Source of the DNA: an uncultured Planctomycetota bacterium
GTDB lineage: Bacteria > Planctomycetota > Planctomycetia > Isosphaerales > Isosphaeraceae
Assembly: GCA_963823665.1 (NCBI GenBank)
Contig: CAWGMQ010000003.1
Coordinates: forward strand, 1,312,001-1,376,000
Reading direction: 5' to 3'
DNA: 64,000 bases
Position 1 is the stretch's first letter, and the number at the start of each line of letters is the position of its first letter. This document shows positions 31,828 to 42,941 of this stretch, piece after piece. The translations under genes and the position numbers were made by a program. The notes under the pieces were generated by a model. That model searched no databases and was not told the origin of the DNA. It worked only from the letters and a program-made list of their open reading frames with translations.

Positions 31828-34800
31828 ATGACGGTCGATCCCGACGGACTGATTACGCGCGAAGACCAACTCCATGAGTTGCTTGCTGCCTACTACGAAG
31901 TCGCTGAACGCGGGGAACGCGTGGATCGCCGGGATTTGCTCGATCGCCATCCTGACTTCGCCGCGGAACTGGCGGATTTCTTTTCCGTCCAGGACCAGCT
32001 CCATCGCCTGGCCGAGCCGCTCCGACCACAAGAGTCGGGCGGCGCCAACGGCCAGAACGGGACGGACCGAATCGACCCGGATCCCCTGGCGGCTATTCTC
32101 GCCGAGTTGGCGACATTCCCACCCGTACCCGAGGGCGATCACGACTTGCGCGATTACGAGGTGCTGGACGAGATCGCGCGTGGCGGGATGGGTGTCGTCT
32201 ACCGGGCTCGACAGCGGAGCCTGAACCGCCTGGTTGCACTCAAGGTGATCCGAGACGGTGTGAGTGCGACCGAGGACGACGCGCGGCGGTTCCGCAACGA
32301 GGCCGAGGCGGTCGCCAACCTCGACCACCCGCACATCGTGCCGATCTACGAGGTCGGCGACCATCGTGGCTGCCGCTTCTTCAGCATGAAGCTCGTCGAA
32401 GGAGGGAACCTGGCGGAACGGCTCTCCGAATTCAGCGCCCAACCCCGCGACGCGGCCCGGTTGATGGTAACCGTCGCCCGAGCGGTCCACCACGCTCACG
32501 GACGAGGAATCCTGCACCGGGACCTGAAGCCTTCCAACATCTTGATCGACGGCCAGGGCCATCCTCTCGTGGCCGACTTCGGACTGGCCCGGCGGGTCGG
32601 GGCCGACAGTGAGCTTACGCAGACCGGGGCTGTGCTCGGGACGCCGTCCTACATGGCGCCGGAGCAGGCGACGGGCCGAAAGGGGGCCGTGACCACGGCC
32701 ACGGACGTCCACGGCCTCGGGGCCGTTCTCTATGCGCTCTTGACGGGTAAGCCGCCGTTCCGGGGAGACTCTCCGCTCGAAACTCTCGAACTCGTCAGAG
32801 AACACGTGCCGGAGCCACCCAGCGCCGTCCGGACGGGAACCGAGCGCGACCTGGAGACGATCTGCCTGAAATGCCTGGAGAAAGATCCGCGGCAGCGGTA
32901 TGCGTCGGCCGAAGCGGTGGCTGAGGACCTCGAGCGCTGGCTGGACGGCAAGTCGATCCTGGCCCGGCCGCCCGCCCGCGCCGAGCGCCTGGCGCTGGTG
33001 CGGGCGCCACCCGCTACCAACGGCCCTGCTCCTCTTCACGGCCGTTCTCGCGAGCCTGATCGTCGCCGGCCTCGTTCTCGGCGCGCGGGCTCGTCAGACG
33101 ATCCACACTTTGAATGACGACCTGCTCACGAGCGAGCGCGTCCTGTCTCGCCATTACTATGCGGTCGATCTCAGTCAAGCATTCCATCTGATGAGAACGA
33201 ACCAGGTCGCCGAGGCCGTCGAGTTGCTGTCGCGGCATCGACACGAGCCCGGTCGGGCGGACGCGCGCGGATTCGAGTGGTATTTTCTGTGGCGGCTGAG
33301 CCACGTCGGTCGTCCGGCCCTGGCTGGACATCAGGGCGAGGTCTATCACGCCGTATTCTCCCGAGACGGCCAAAGTCTGGCGACCTGCAGCGGAGACAGG
33401 ACCGTTCGTCTCTGGGACGTGCCGACCGGTCATGAGCGATTGGTCATTGCCGGCCACAGCGACGACATCAACTGGGTCTCGTTCTCGCCTGAGGGCCTGA
33501 GCCTGGCAACGGCCAGTGACGATCAGACCGTCCGGCTCTGGGATGTGGATCGCGGCGTACCGAAGCGGACGCTGACGGGGCACAATGATCGCGTGGTAGC
33601 GGTTGTCTTCGCGCCGGACGGCAAGCGCCTGATTTCGTGCGGACGCAACGGGAAGGTGATTGTGTGGGACCCTGCGACATCCGAGCGGCGAGAGTCGTTC
33701 GACGTATCGAACGGGACAATCCAATCCCTGGCGATTTCCCCCGACGGCGCGACCCTGGCAATCGCCGGCGAAAAGGTCGTTCTATGGAACCTGGATGTCC
33801 GGAAGGAGGCCCGCCGGATCGGGGAAGACCACGAGCAGATTAACGGCGTTGTCTTCTCGCACGATGGGAAGGCCCTCGTCACGGGCGGCGACAGGACCGT
33901 GAGACTGTGGGAGGTTGGCACCGGGCGAAACCTGGCTGCATTCCAGGGCCATGGCGCGAGTGTGGAGGGGGTGTCGATCTCTCCCGATGATCAGACCATC
34001 GCATCGGTTGATGATTATGGACTGATTCACTTCTGGGACGTGGCCTCGGGTGCCGCCGGCAAGATCGCATCGCGGCAAGGCCGGCTCTGGTGTGCCGAGT
34101 TCTCCCCGGACGGCCAGACCCTGGCGACCTCGAGCGCCGACGGTTCGGTCAGGCTCTGGGATTCCCTCCTCGACCGTGATCGGATCTCCATCCGCATGCC
34201 ATCGCAGAAAGTCCCGACGATTTCCTTCTCAGCCGATGGAAGAAATCTGCTCGCGACGGCGGGAGAGGCTGGGAGTCTATGGACCTGGGACGCCGCTCGA
34301 GGCATTCCGCTGCCCACCCGGCGATTCGCCACGGAGGAAACAAAGGGAGACTACATGCTCTCACGGGACGGCTCCGTGCTGGCGACCGTCGATTCCAAGG
34401 GCCGCATCAGGCAATGGCAAGTTCAGGATGGCCGTTGCGTTTCGTCCCCGCCACTTGACGGCATTGTGGTCTCGATCATGGCGATCGCCCCCCAAGGAAA
34501 CGCATTCGCCACCACCGATTTCGCGGGCACGGTATCCTGTTGGGCCCAAGGGAGAGGGTTGGCGCGAACCAACTACTCGTTGAGCTGCGAGACATTCTCC
34601 CCGGATGGTCATTCCCTCGCATTTGCTCAGTGGGGTTCTGTGGGCCCATCACTCTGGGACTTGACGATCGACGCGATTCGACCCCAAGGACTGCCCGGTC
34701 ATAAAGGTGCGGTCACCGCGATGGAGTTTTTCCCCGATGGCCGGAGTCTGGCCACGGGAGGGATCGACAAGACGATCAAGATCTGGGACGTCGCGACCCT

Positions 34801-35107
34801 GGAAGCCCGGTTGAACCTGGTCGGACACACCGGCGAAGTCAAAGCTCTGGCAATCGCACCCCAGGGAGGAACGATCGCGTCAGCCGCCCTCGATTCCACG
34901 CTCAAACTCTGGCGGGACGGATTGCCAGAAGCCATCCTGACGATCGATGATTACAATGGGTTCATCGAGCGCATCCGTTTCTCATCCGATGGGTCGACCC
35001 TGGCGACCTGCGCGAAGCTGTCCGCGAAAGAATACCAGGTGTTTCTCTGGCCGTCGGCACCCCGGGATGGCGAGACCGCATCGGAAATCTCGCCGCACCG
35101 GCCTTGA
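31828..35107 (+). CDS. Ser/Thr protein kinase with TM and C-terminal WD40 repeats (frameshift near 32985)
   Basis: [33 protein letters not shown]; then many GH..V..SPDG..WD repeats. Confidence 0.93.
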
Positions 35108-35496
35108 TCGGACCGGCCGAAGGGATTGCACGGTGTTCGTACACCCTGGCACCGCGCCAGCCGGCGCGGCGGCCCAAGAGAATGAAGGCTGGAAAGTCCG
35201 AGCTACACCTGCACGGGATGTCATTTCGAAGATACTTCCGGAATCCGCGCTAGACTTTCCCGTCTCGTGCATCTCCACCCTTGAAGGATGTGACGTTGTC
35301 GTCGCCGGCTTGCCGGTTCCGATCGTTGTGCGCGCGTCGAGATGACTTTTGGCCGACGAGGGGGTCGGATCAACCCCATGAAGCTCAACGAGGAGTGCCG
35401 GTTCGGTGTGAGAGAGGATGCCGCGTGTCTGCGATCGCTGCTCCGGCCGGAAGCGCTTACTTTGGTCTATCGTTCGCCATCTTGAGGAATTGACTG

Positions 35497-38400
35497 ATGT
35501 CTTTGCACCCGATTTTCGACGGACGCGAACCAGGCTCCCGTACGCACAGACCGAGGACCGCGCCCCGCCGGGCAGCGAACAAGACCCGGCGGACCTTCCG
35601 ACCGCGCCCTGACTTCCTGGAAGATCGCACGTTGCTGGCGACCGTGACCTGGATGGGCACCACAGGCGGCGACTGGAATGACGGTTCGAACTGGAGCACC
35701 GGGACAGTACCAGCCGCGACCGACGACGCTGTCATCCTGGACAGTGATATCACGGTCACTGTCTCGGGCTCGACGGAGATCAATCAACTCACCAGTCAGG
35801 CCGCCATCGACATCACCGGGTCGTTTACAGTCGACGGTCAATCGACGATTGATAACGCCCTGACGATCGAGCCCGGCGCTACCCTGACCGGCGCGGGCGA
35901 CGTCACGGCCACCGGACTCGTCACCTGGGGGACCGGCAGCACTCTCAGCGGCACCGGCACCCTCGACGCCCAGGGTGGGATGACCATCGAGACTGACCAG
36001 ACCAGCAGGAACAATCTGGACCAGCGGACGTTGATCAATGACGGCACCGCCGTCTGGACCGGCGACGGCGACATCTATGCGTCGCGATCCGCCGTCTTCG
36101 ACAACCTCGGCACGCTCGACCTGACCAGCGACGCGGAGATGTCCGGCGACTTCGGAGGCGACCCCAATTACCCGATCCCTCCGCTGTTCATCAACACCGG
36201 TACGGTGGTCAAGAGCGTCGGCGCGGCGGGCGGGTTAAGCGAACTGAGCATCGACTTCCTAACCACGGGCACGGTCCACGTCGAGCAGGGCAGCCTGAGC
36301 CTCGGAAGCAACTTCGTGGGGACGAGCACCGGGCAGCTCATCGGCGATCCCGGCACGTCGCTCGAATTGGAAGGCCTCGACCTGGACGCCAACTCGTCCG
36401 TCTCCGGCGATACCGTGAGCCTCTACTTCGTCAACGACGCCGGCAGCTACTCGGCCGCCAGCGGCACCTACGCCTACTACGCCTCGCTCACCGGACCGGT
36501 CACCTCGGTGGGCAGCTACCTCGACGAGGCCAGGTACCTCGACTATAGCCCGGCCTCAGGCGTCTCGCCGACATCGATCACCACCGGCACCCTGACCATC
36601 GAGCCCGGCAGCACCCTCACCGGCTCGGGCAACATCACGGCCACCGGGCCCTTCTCCTGGGGCACCGGCGGCACCCTCAGCGGCACCGGCACCCTCGACG
36701 CCCAGGGTGGGATGACCATCGAGACTGACCAGACCAGCAGGAACAATCTGGACCAGCGGACGTTGATCAATGACGGCACCGCCGTCTGGACCGGCGACGG
36801 CGACATCTATGCGTCGCGATCCGCCGTCTTCGACAACCTCGGCACGCTCGACCTGACCAGCGACGCGGAGATGTCCGGCGACTTCGGAGGCGACCCCAAT
36901 TACCCGATCCCTCCGCTGTTCATCAACACCGGTACGGTGGTCAAGAGCGTCGGCGCGGCGGGCGGGTTAAGCGAACTGAGCATCGACTTCCTAACCACGG
37001 GCACGGTCCACGTCGAGCAGGGCAGCCTGAGCCTCGGAAGCAACTTCGTGGGGACGAGCACCGGGCAGCTCATCGGCGATCCCGGCACGTCGCTCGAATT
37101 GGAAGGCCTCGACCTGGACGCCAACTCGTCCGTCTCCGGCGATACCGTGAGCCTCTACTTCGTCAACGACGCCGGCAGCTACTCGGCCGCCAGCGGCACC
37201 TACGCCTACTACGCCTCGCTCACCGGACCGGTCACCTCGGTGGGCAGCTACCTCGACGAGGCCAGGTACCTCGACTATAGCCCGGCCTCAGGCGTCTCGC
37301 CGACATCGATCACCACCGGCACCCTGACCATCGAGCCCGGCAGCACCCTCACCGGCTCGGGCAACATCACGGCCACCGGGCCCTTCTCCTGGGGCACCGG
37401 CGGCACCCTCAGCGGCACCGGCACCCTCGACGCCCAGGGTGGGATGACCATCGAGACTGACCAGACCAGCAGGAACAATCTGGACCAGCGGACGTTGATC
37501 AATGACGGCACCGCCGTCTGGACCGGCGACGGCGACATCTATGCGTCGCGATCCGCCGTCTTCGACAACCTCGGCACGCTCGACCTGACCAGCGACGCGG
37601 AGATGTCCGGCGACTTCGGAGGCGACCCCAATTACCCGATCCCTCCGCTGTTCATCAACACCGGTACGGTGGTCAAGAGCGTCGGCGCGGCGGGCGGGTT
37701 AAGCGAACTGAGCATCGACTTCCTAACCACGGGCACGGTCCACGTCGAGCAGGGCAGCCTGAGCCTCGGAAGCAACTTCGTGGGGACGAGCACCGGGCAG
37801 CTCATCGGCGATCCCGGCACGTCGCTCGAATTGGAAGGCCTCGACCTGGACGCCAACTCGTCCATCTCCGGCGATACCGTGAGCCTTTACTTCGTCAATG
37901 ACGCCGGCAGCTACTCGGCCGCCAGCGGCACCTACGCCTACTACGCCTCGCTCACCGGATCGGTCACCTCGGTGGGCAGCTACCTCGACGATGCCAGATA
38001 CCTCGACTATAGCCCGGCCGCCGGCGTGGTGCCGACGTCCATCACCACCGGCGCACTGACCATCGAGCCCTATGCCACCCTGACCGGCTCGGGCGACGTC
38101 ACGGCCACCGGTCTTTTCATGTGGGGGACCGGCGGCACCCTCAGCGGCACCGGCACCCTCGACGCCCAGGGCGGGATGACCATCGACTGCTCGGGACCTT
38201 ACGACAGCGCGCTCGACCAGCGGACGCTGATCAACGAAGCCACCGCCGTCTGGACCGGCGACGGCACCATCGTCGCCACTCGCGGGTCCGTCTTCGACAA
38301 CCTCGGCTCGCTCGATCTCCAGGGCGATGTGCGGATGTACTGGGACGATGGTTCCTATCCCGACTATCCGACCGCTTCGGAATTCATCAACGCCGGCTCG

Positions 38401-41400
38401 GTCGTCAAGAGTGTCGGCGCCACCACCGGCGAAAGTGACCTGACGATGCCGTTCCTGAATACCGGCACGGTTGATGTCCAGCAAGGCACCCTCAGCGTCG
38501 GCGGCGAGGGCCTGGCCGGAACCAGCACCGGGCAGCTCCTCGGCGATCCCGGCACCTCCCTCGAGCTGCAAGACCTCGACCTGGACGCCAACTCGTCCGT
38601 CTCCGGCGATACCGTGAGCCTCTACTTCGTGAACGACGCCGGCAGCTACTCGGCGACCAGCGGCACCTACGCCTACTACGCCTCGCTCACCGGATCGGTC
38701 ACCTCGGTGGGCAGCTACCTCGACGATGCCAGATACCTCGACTATAGCCCGGCCGCCGGCGTGGTGCCGACGTCCATCACCACCGGCGCACTGACCATCG
38801 AGCCCGGCGCCACCCTGACCGGCTCGGGCGACGTCACGGCCACCGGTCTTTTCATGTGGGGGACCGGCGGCACCCTCAGCGGCATCGGCACCCTCGACGC
38901 CCAGGGCGGGATGACCATCGACTGCTCGGGACCTTACGACAGCGCGCTCGACCAGCGGACGCTGATCAACGAAGCCACCGCCGTCTGGACCGGCGACGGC
39001 ACCATCGTCGCCACTCGCGGGTCCGTCTTCGACAACCTCGGCTCGCTCGATCTCCAGGGCGATGTGCGGATGTACTGGGACGATGGTTCCTATCCCGACT
39101 ATCCGACCGCTTCGGAATTCATCAACGCCGGCTCGGTCGTCAAGAGTGTCGGCGCCACCACCGGCGAAAGTGACCTGACGATGCCGTTCCTGAATACCGG
39201 CACGGTCGATGTCCAGCAAGGCACCCTCAGCGTCGGCGGCGAGGGCCTGGCCGGAACCAGCACCGGGCAGCTCCTCGGCGATCCCGGCACCTCCCTCGAG
39301 CTGCAAGACCTCGACCTGGACGCCAACTCGTCCGTCTCCGGCGATACTGTGAGCCTCTACTTCGTCAACGACGCCGGCAGCTATTCAGCCGCCAGCGGCA
39401 CCTACGCCTACTACGCCTCCCTCACCGGACCAGTCACCTCGGTGGGCAGCTACCTAGACGATGCGAGATACCTCGATTATAGCCCGGCCTCAGGCGTCAT
39501 GCCGACATCGATCACCACCGGCACCCTCGCGATCGAGCCCGGCGGCATCCTGACCGGCTCGGGCGACATCACGGCCACCGGGCCCTTCTCCTGGGGAATC
39601 TACTCGACGCTCGAGGGGATGACGGTCGACGCGATGGGTGGGATCTCGATGCAGGATGACGGGAACCGACAGCTCGTCGACGCGACGGTGAACAACTACG
39701 GCGTGGCTGACTTCGTCGGGCCGACCTTCAGCTACATCTTGATGATCGGGGGATCGTTCCACAACGAGTCCACCGGCACCCTGAACCTCGGCGGCACCGA
39801 ACCGTACTTCGCGATCGGCGGCCCGGGCGCCGACGGGTCGCAGCCGACGTTCATCAACGACGGGACAATGGTCCAAGATGCCACGACCGGGACCTTCTTC
39901 GAAATGCCGGTCGTCAACACCGGATCGATGAACGTCGTGCAGGGCACACTCGGACTGACCGCCTCCAACTCCGGTACCGTGACGGTTGCGGCAGGGGCCG
40001 CACTCAGCTCCGATGACTACACGCAAACGGCAGGCTCGACCATTCTCAACGGCGGGGAATTTGACGGCGGCACATTCACCCTGAGCGGCGGTATCCTCAG
40101 CGGTTATGGGACGGTCAATGCCAACATCGCGAACGCGGAACAGGTCATCGCCGGCGGCACTGGCGCCGCCGGGGTGCTCACGATCAACGGCGATTACACC
40201 CAGACCCCTTCTGGCTCCCTCGACGTCGAGATCGGCGGCACGGCGGCCGGCACTCAGTACGACCAGCTCGAGGTCACCGGGCAGGCGGCCCTCGCCGGCA
40301 CGCTCAGCATCAGCCTGCTGACCGGTTTTTCGCCGACGCTCGGCCAGACGTTCACGATCGCCAGCGCCAATCCTCTGAGCGGCACCTTCACCAACGTAGA
40401 CGAGTCCGCGGTCACCGGGCCCGTGGCCTTCCAGCCCACCTATACGGGTACGAGCGTGGTACTCGTCGCGGAAGAGAGCAGCACGACGACCGTCACCTCC
40501 TCCGCGAATCCGGCCGTATTCGGTCAGTCCGTCACGTTCACCGCCAAGGTCAAAGCCGCCGCGCCCAACAAGGGAGCGCCCACCGGCTCGGTGACGTTCC
40601 TTGATGGCTCGACCACCTTGGGAACCGCCACGCTCATCGGCGGCAAGGCGACCTTCGTAACCAGCTCGCTCCCGGTGGGCGCCGGCGCGATCACCGTGGT
40701 TTACAGCGGCGACACGGCCTTCGCTACCAGCAGCTCGGCACCCCTGACCCAGACCGTCAACCAGGACGCCAGCTCCACGACGGTCACCTCATCAGCCAAC
40801 CCGTCGGTCTATGGCCAGCCGGTGACCTTCACCGCCATGGTCTCAGCGAAAGCCCCCGGCAGCGGGACACCGACGGGAACGGTCGCCTTCTACAACGGCG
40901 CGACGCCCGTTGGCACCGGGACACTCAACGCCGCCGGCATGGCCGCCTACACCACAACCGCCTTCCAGTTGGGCGTGGGCGGCGGCCAGTCGATCACAGT
41001 CGCGTATAGCGGAGACAGCAACTTCATCAGCAGCACCTCCAGCACCTTGAAGCAGACGGTCAACAAGGACAGCACGACGACCAACGTGATGTCCTCGGCC
41101 AACCCGTCGGTGTACGGCCAATCGGTGACGTTCACGGCCACGGTGGCGGCCAACGCGCCGGGCGGCGGGACGCCGACGGGCACGGTTACATTCAAAGACG
41201 GCTCGACGACGCTGGGGACGGGCGCGCTCAGCAACGGCGGCGTGGCCACCTACACGACGGCCGCACTTCAGTTGAAGGTGGGCAATGGCGAATCGATCAC
41301 GGCGTCGTACGCCACTGACGGCAACTACGCCAGCAGCACCGGCACGCTGAGCGGCGGCCAGACGGTCAGCCAGGACAGCACGGCAACGAGCCTGGCGTCA

Positions 41401-42417
41401 TCGGTCAACCCGTCGGTCTATGGTCAGGCGGTGACCTTCACGGCCGCGGTGACGGCCAACGCGCCGGGCAGTGGGATACCCACAGGCACCGTGACCTTCC
41501 TCGACGGCTCGACGACCCTCGGGACGGGCAAGGTCAACGCCAGCGGAGTGGCCACGTACACTTCGACCGCGTTTCAGTTGAGTGTGGGTAGCGGTCAATC
41601 GATCACTGCGGTCTACGGCGGCGACGCCAATTTCGCGACCAGTACTTCGAGTACTCTGCCGCAGACGGTAGACCAGGACGGAACGACAGCGTCTGGCACG
41701 TCCGCGCCGAACCCCTCGGTCTACGGCCAGTCGGTAACCTTCAAGGCCACGTTGACAGCGAGCGCGCCGGGGAGCGGAATGCCGACGGGCACCGTCACCT
41801 TCATGGACGGCTCGATCAACCTGGGCACCGGCACGCTCAGCAGCGGGAAAACGACCGTCACCAGCAATGCGCTGCCGGCGGGCGCCGACACGATTACCGT
41901 CATGTACAGCGGAGACGGCAACTACGCGAGCACCTCGGCCGTGCTCAGTCAGACGGTCAACGCGGACGCCACGAAAAGCGTCGTCGCATCTTCGGCGAAT
42001 CCGTCAGTCTCTGGCCAGTCGGTCACATTCACGGCGACGGTCAATGCCAAGGCCCCGGGAAGCGGCACTCCTACTGGAAGCGTGAACTTCATGGACGGGG
42101 CGAACTCGATCGGGAGCGGGACGCTCGTCATCGTGAACGGCGTCGATTTAGCCACGTTCACCACCACTTCGCTGGCCGTCGGCTCGCACTCGATCACGGC
42201 GGTATACGCCGGCGACGGCAATTTCGTCACCAGCACATCTTCGATCCTGAAACAGGTCGTTCAGGAATCGAGCAGCCCGGCCGTGGTGGTCTTGCCGAAC
42301 GCCGTCGCAGGCGAAGTTCTTGGCGCGTTGCCGACCGACACAACAGCGAGCCCGCTGGTACATGACCTCGCGCTCGAGCAGGTCTCGCCGCTTACAATGA
42401 GGAAGAGCGGACGGTAA
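35497..42417 (+). CDS. Giant secreted repeat protein (adhesin-like): leader, 244/245-aa repeats, Big_3 Ig-like domains
   Basis: 2306 aa; RPRPDFLEDRTLLA leader; T/G/S-rich beta repeats; six SANPSVYGQ.VTFTA..YSGD-type Ig-like units. Confidence 0.9.
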   Translation: MSLHPIFDGREPGSRTHRPRTAPRRAANKTRRTFRPRPDFLEDRTLLATVTWMGTTGGDWNDGSNWSTGTVPAATDDAVILDSDITVTVSGSTEINQLTSQAAIDITGSFTVDGQSTIDNALTIEPGATLTGAGDVTATGLVTWGTGSTLSGTGTLDAQGGMTIETDQTSRNNLDQRTLINDGTAVWTGDGDIYASRSAVFDNLGTLDLTSDAEMSGDFGGDPNYPIPPLFINTGTVVKSVGAAGGLSELSIDFLTTGTVHVEQGSLSLGSNFVGTSTGQLIGDPGTSLELEGLDLDANSSVSGDTVSLYFVNDAGSYSAASGTYAYYASLTGPVTSVGSYLDEARYLDYSPASGVSPTSITTGTLTIEPGSTLTGSGNITATGPFSWGTGGTLSGTGTLDAQGGMTIETDQTSRNNLDQRTLINDGTAVWTGDGDIYASRSAVFDNLGTLDLTSDAEMSGDFGGDPNYPIPPLFINTGTVVKSVGAAGGLSELSIDFLTTGTVHVEQGSLSLGSNFVGTSTGQLIGDPGTSLELEGLDLDANSSVSGDTVSLYFVNDAGSYSAASGTYAYYASLTGPVTSVGSYLDEARYLDYSPASGVSPTSITTGTLTIEPGSTLTGSGNITATGPFSWGTGGTLSGTGTLDAQGGMTIETDQTSRNNLDQRTLINDGTAVWTGDGDIYASRSAVFDNLGTLDLTSDAEMSGDFGGDPNYPIPPLFINTGTVVKSVGAAGGLSELSIDFLTTGTVHVEQGSLSLGSNFVGTSTGQLIGDPGTSLELEGLDLDANSSISGDTVSLYFVNDAGSYSAASGTYAYYASLTGSVTSVGSYLDDARYLDYSPAAGVVPTSITTGALTIEPYATLTGSGDVTATGLFMWGTGGTLSGTGTLDAQGGMTIDCSGPYDSALDQRTLINEATAVWTGDGTIVATRGSVFDNLGSLDLQGDVRMYWDDGSYPDYPTASEFINAGSVVKSVGATTGESDLTMPFLNTGTVDVQQGTLSVGGEGLAGTSTGQLLGDPGTSLELQDLDLDANSSVSGDTVSLYFVNDAGSYSATSGTYAYYASLTGSVTSVGSYLDDARYLDYSPAAGVVPTSITTGALTIEPGATLTGSGDVTATGLFMWGTGGTLSGIGTLDAQGGMTIDCSGPYDSALDQRTLINEATAVWTGDGTIVATRGSVFDNLGSLDLQGDVRMYWDDGSYPDYPTASEFINAGSVVKSVGATTGESDLTMPFLNTGTVDVQQGTLSVGGEGLAGTSTGQLLGDPGTSLELQDLDLDANSSVSGDTVSLYFVNDAGSYSAASGTYAYYASLTGPVTSVGSYLDDARYLDYSPASGVMPTSITTGTLAIEPGGILTGSGDITATGPFSWGIYSTLEGMTVDAMGGISMQDDGNRQLVDATVNNYGVADFVGPTFSYILMIGGSFHNESTGTLNLGGTEPYFAIGGPGADGSQPTFINDGTMVQDATTGTFFEMPVVNTGSMNVVQGTLGLTASNSGTVTVAAGAALSSDDYTQTAGSTILNGGEFDGGTFTLSGGILSGYGTVNANIANAEQVIAGGTGAAGVLTINGDYTQTPSGSLDVEIGGTAAGTQYDQLEVTGQAALAGTLSISLLTGFSPTLGQTFTIASANPLSGTFTNVDESAVTGPVAFQPTYTGTSVVLVAEESSTTTVTSSANPAVFGQSVTFTAKVKAAAPNKGAPTGSVTFLDGSTTLGTATLIGGKATFVTSSLPVGAGAITVVYSGDTAFATSSSAPLTQTVNQDASSTTVTSSANPSVYGQPVTFTAMVSAKAPGSGTPTGTVAFYNGATPVGTGTLNAAGMAAYTTTAFQLGVGGGQSITVAYSGDSNFISSTSSTLKQTVNKDSTTTNVMSSANPSVYGQSVTFTATVAANAPGGGTPTGTVTFKDGSTTLGTGALSNGGVATYTTAALQLKVGNGESITASYATDGNYASSTGTLSGGQTVSQDSTATSLASSVNPSVYGQAVTFTAAVTANAPGSGIPTGTVTFLDGSTTLGTGKVNASGVATYTSTAFQLSVGSGQSITAVYGGDANFATSTSSTLPQTVDQDGTTASGTSAPNPSVYGQSVTFKATLTASAPGSGMPTGTVTFMDGSINLGTGTLSSGKTTVTSNALPAGADTITVMYSGDGNYASTSAVLSQTVNADATKSVVASSANPSVSGQSVTFTATVNAKAPGSGTPTGSVNFMDGANSIGSGTLVIVNGVDLATFTTTSLAVGSHSITAVYAGDGNFVTSTSSILKQVVQESSSPAVVVLPNAVAGEVLGALPTDTTASPLVHDLALEQVSPLTMRKSGR
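35860..39525 (+). repeat. Five tandem intragenic repeats (732, 732, 732, 735, 735 bp)
   Basis: Units start at the LTIEP codons at 35860, 36592, 37324, 38056 and 38791; a diverged sixth begins at 39526. Confidence 0.95.
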
Positions 42418-42434
42418 CCGCGGAGTTAACTTAG

Positions 42435-42749
42435 TTACGGATTTCCCGCCGAGCGCCGCTTCAACAGGGCGGCACGCGAAAGTGGTTGCTTCAGTCGTTT
42501 GGCTTCGACTGTCTCCGCGGAAACGCGCATCTCCTCGACAAACTGATCGTGGTGGTCGTAGAAGTAGGTTAGAGCCGCGTAGACCTGCTCCGGTCGAAGG
42601 TCCGGATGCTGGTGCAGGATCTCTTCCGCCGACCATCCAAAGTGATAATGTTCGCCGGCCAGGTGGATCACCTTGTACCTGGTTCGGTCAATCCGCGCGG
42701 TCCCATCGGTGTCGATCGTCAGGTGCGGATAGCGAAGCTCCGTGGTCAT
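42435..42749 (-). CDS. DUF433 antitoxin, second (orphan) copy
   Basis: Near-identical protein to 29182-29496; no toxin downstream, abuts the stop of the giant gene. Confidence 0.88.
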   Translation of the reverse strand: MTTELRYPHLTIDTDGTARIDRTRYKVIHLAGEHYHFGWSAEEILHQHPDLRPEQVYAALTYFYDHHDQFVEEMRVSAETVEAKRLKQPLSRAALLKRRSAGNP

Positions 42750-42941
42750 CCGATTCACGTCGATCGAGCCGGCCCGTGCGCGGCCCTTATATCGGAGGAA
42801 AGGTCGAATTCGAGAATTTCGGATTTTCTTCGTGCGTTTTTGGAAATCACTGCGTCTTCTCTATTAACCCGTGATATAAGCGACGTGATTTGCTGCCAGG
42901 AACGGTCGCGCTGAATGACCTGGTCCGTGGAGGGACCGCCC

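Noticed and set aside
30748..33039. Long antisense ORFs (763 aa here; also 37723-39306, 18661-19926, 46746-47951)
   Set aside because: They are shadow ORFs opposite well-supported genes, expected from high-GC codon bias, and have no recognisable motifs.
35185..35265. RNase P RNA or riboswitch (GGAAAGTCC with complementary GACTTTCC)
   Set aside because: Only a short motif match; the other conserved RNase P elements were not found.
35860..39525. Diversity-generating retroelement template/variable repeat
   Set aside because: No reverse transcriptase in the window. The repeats are in-frame coding units and the differences are not adenine-specific.
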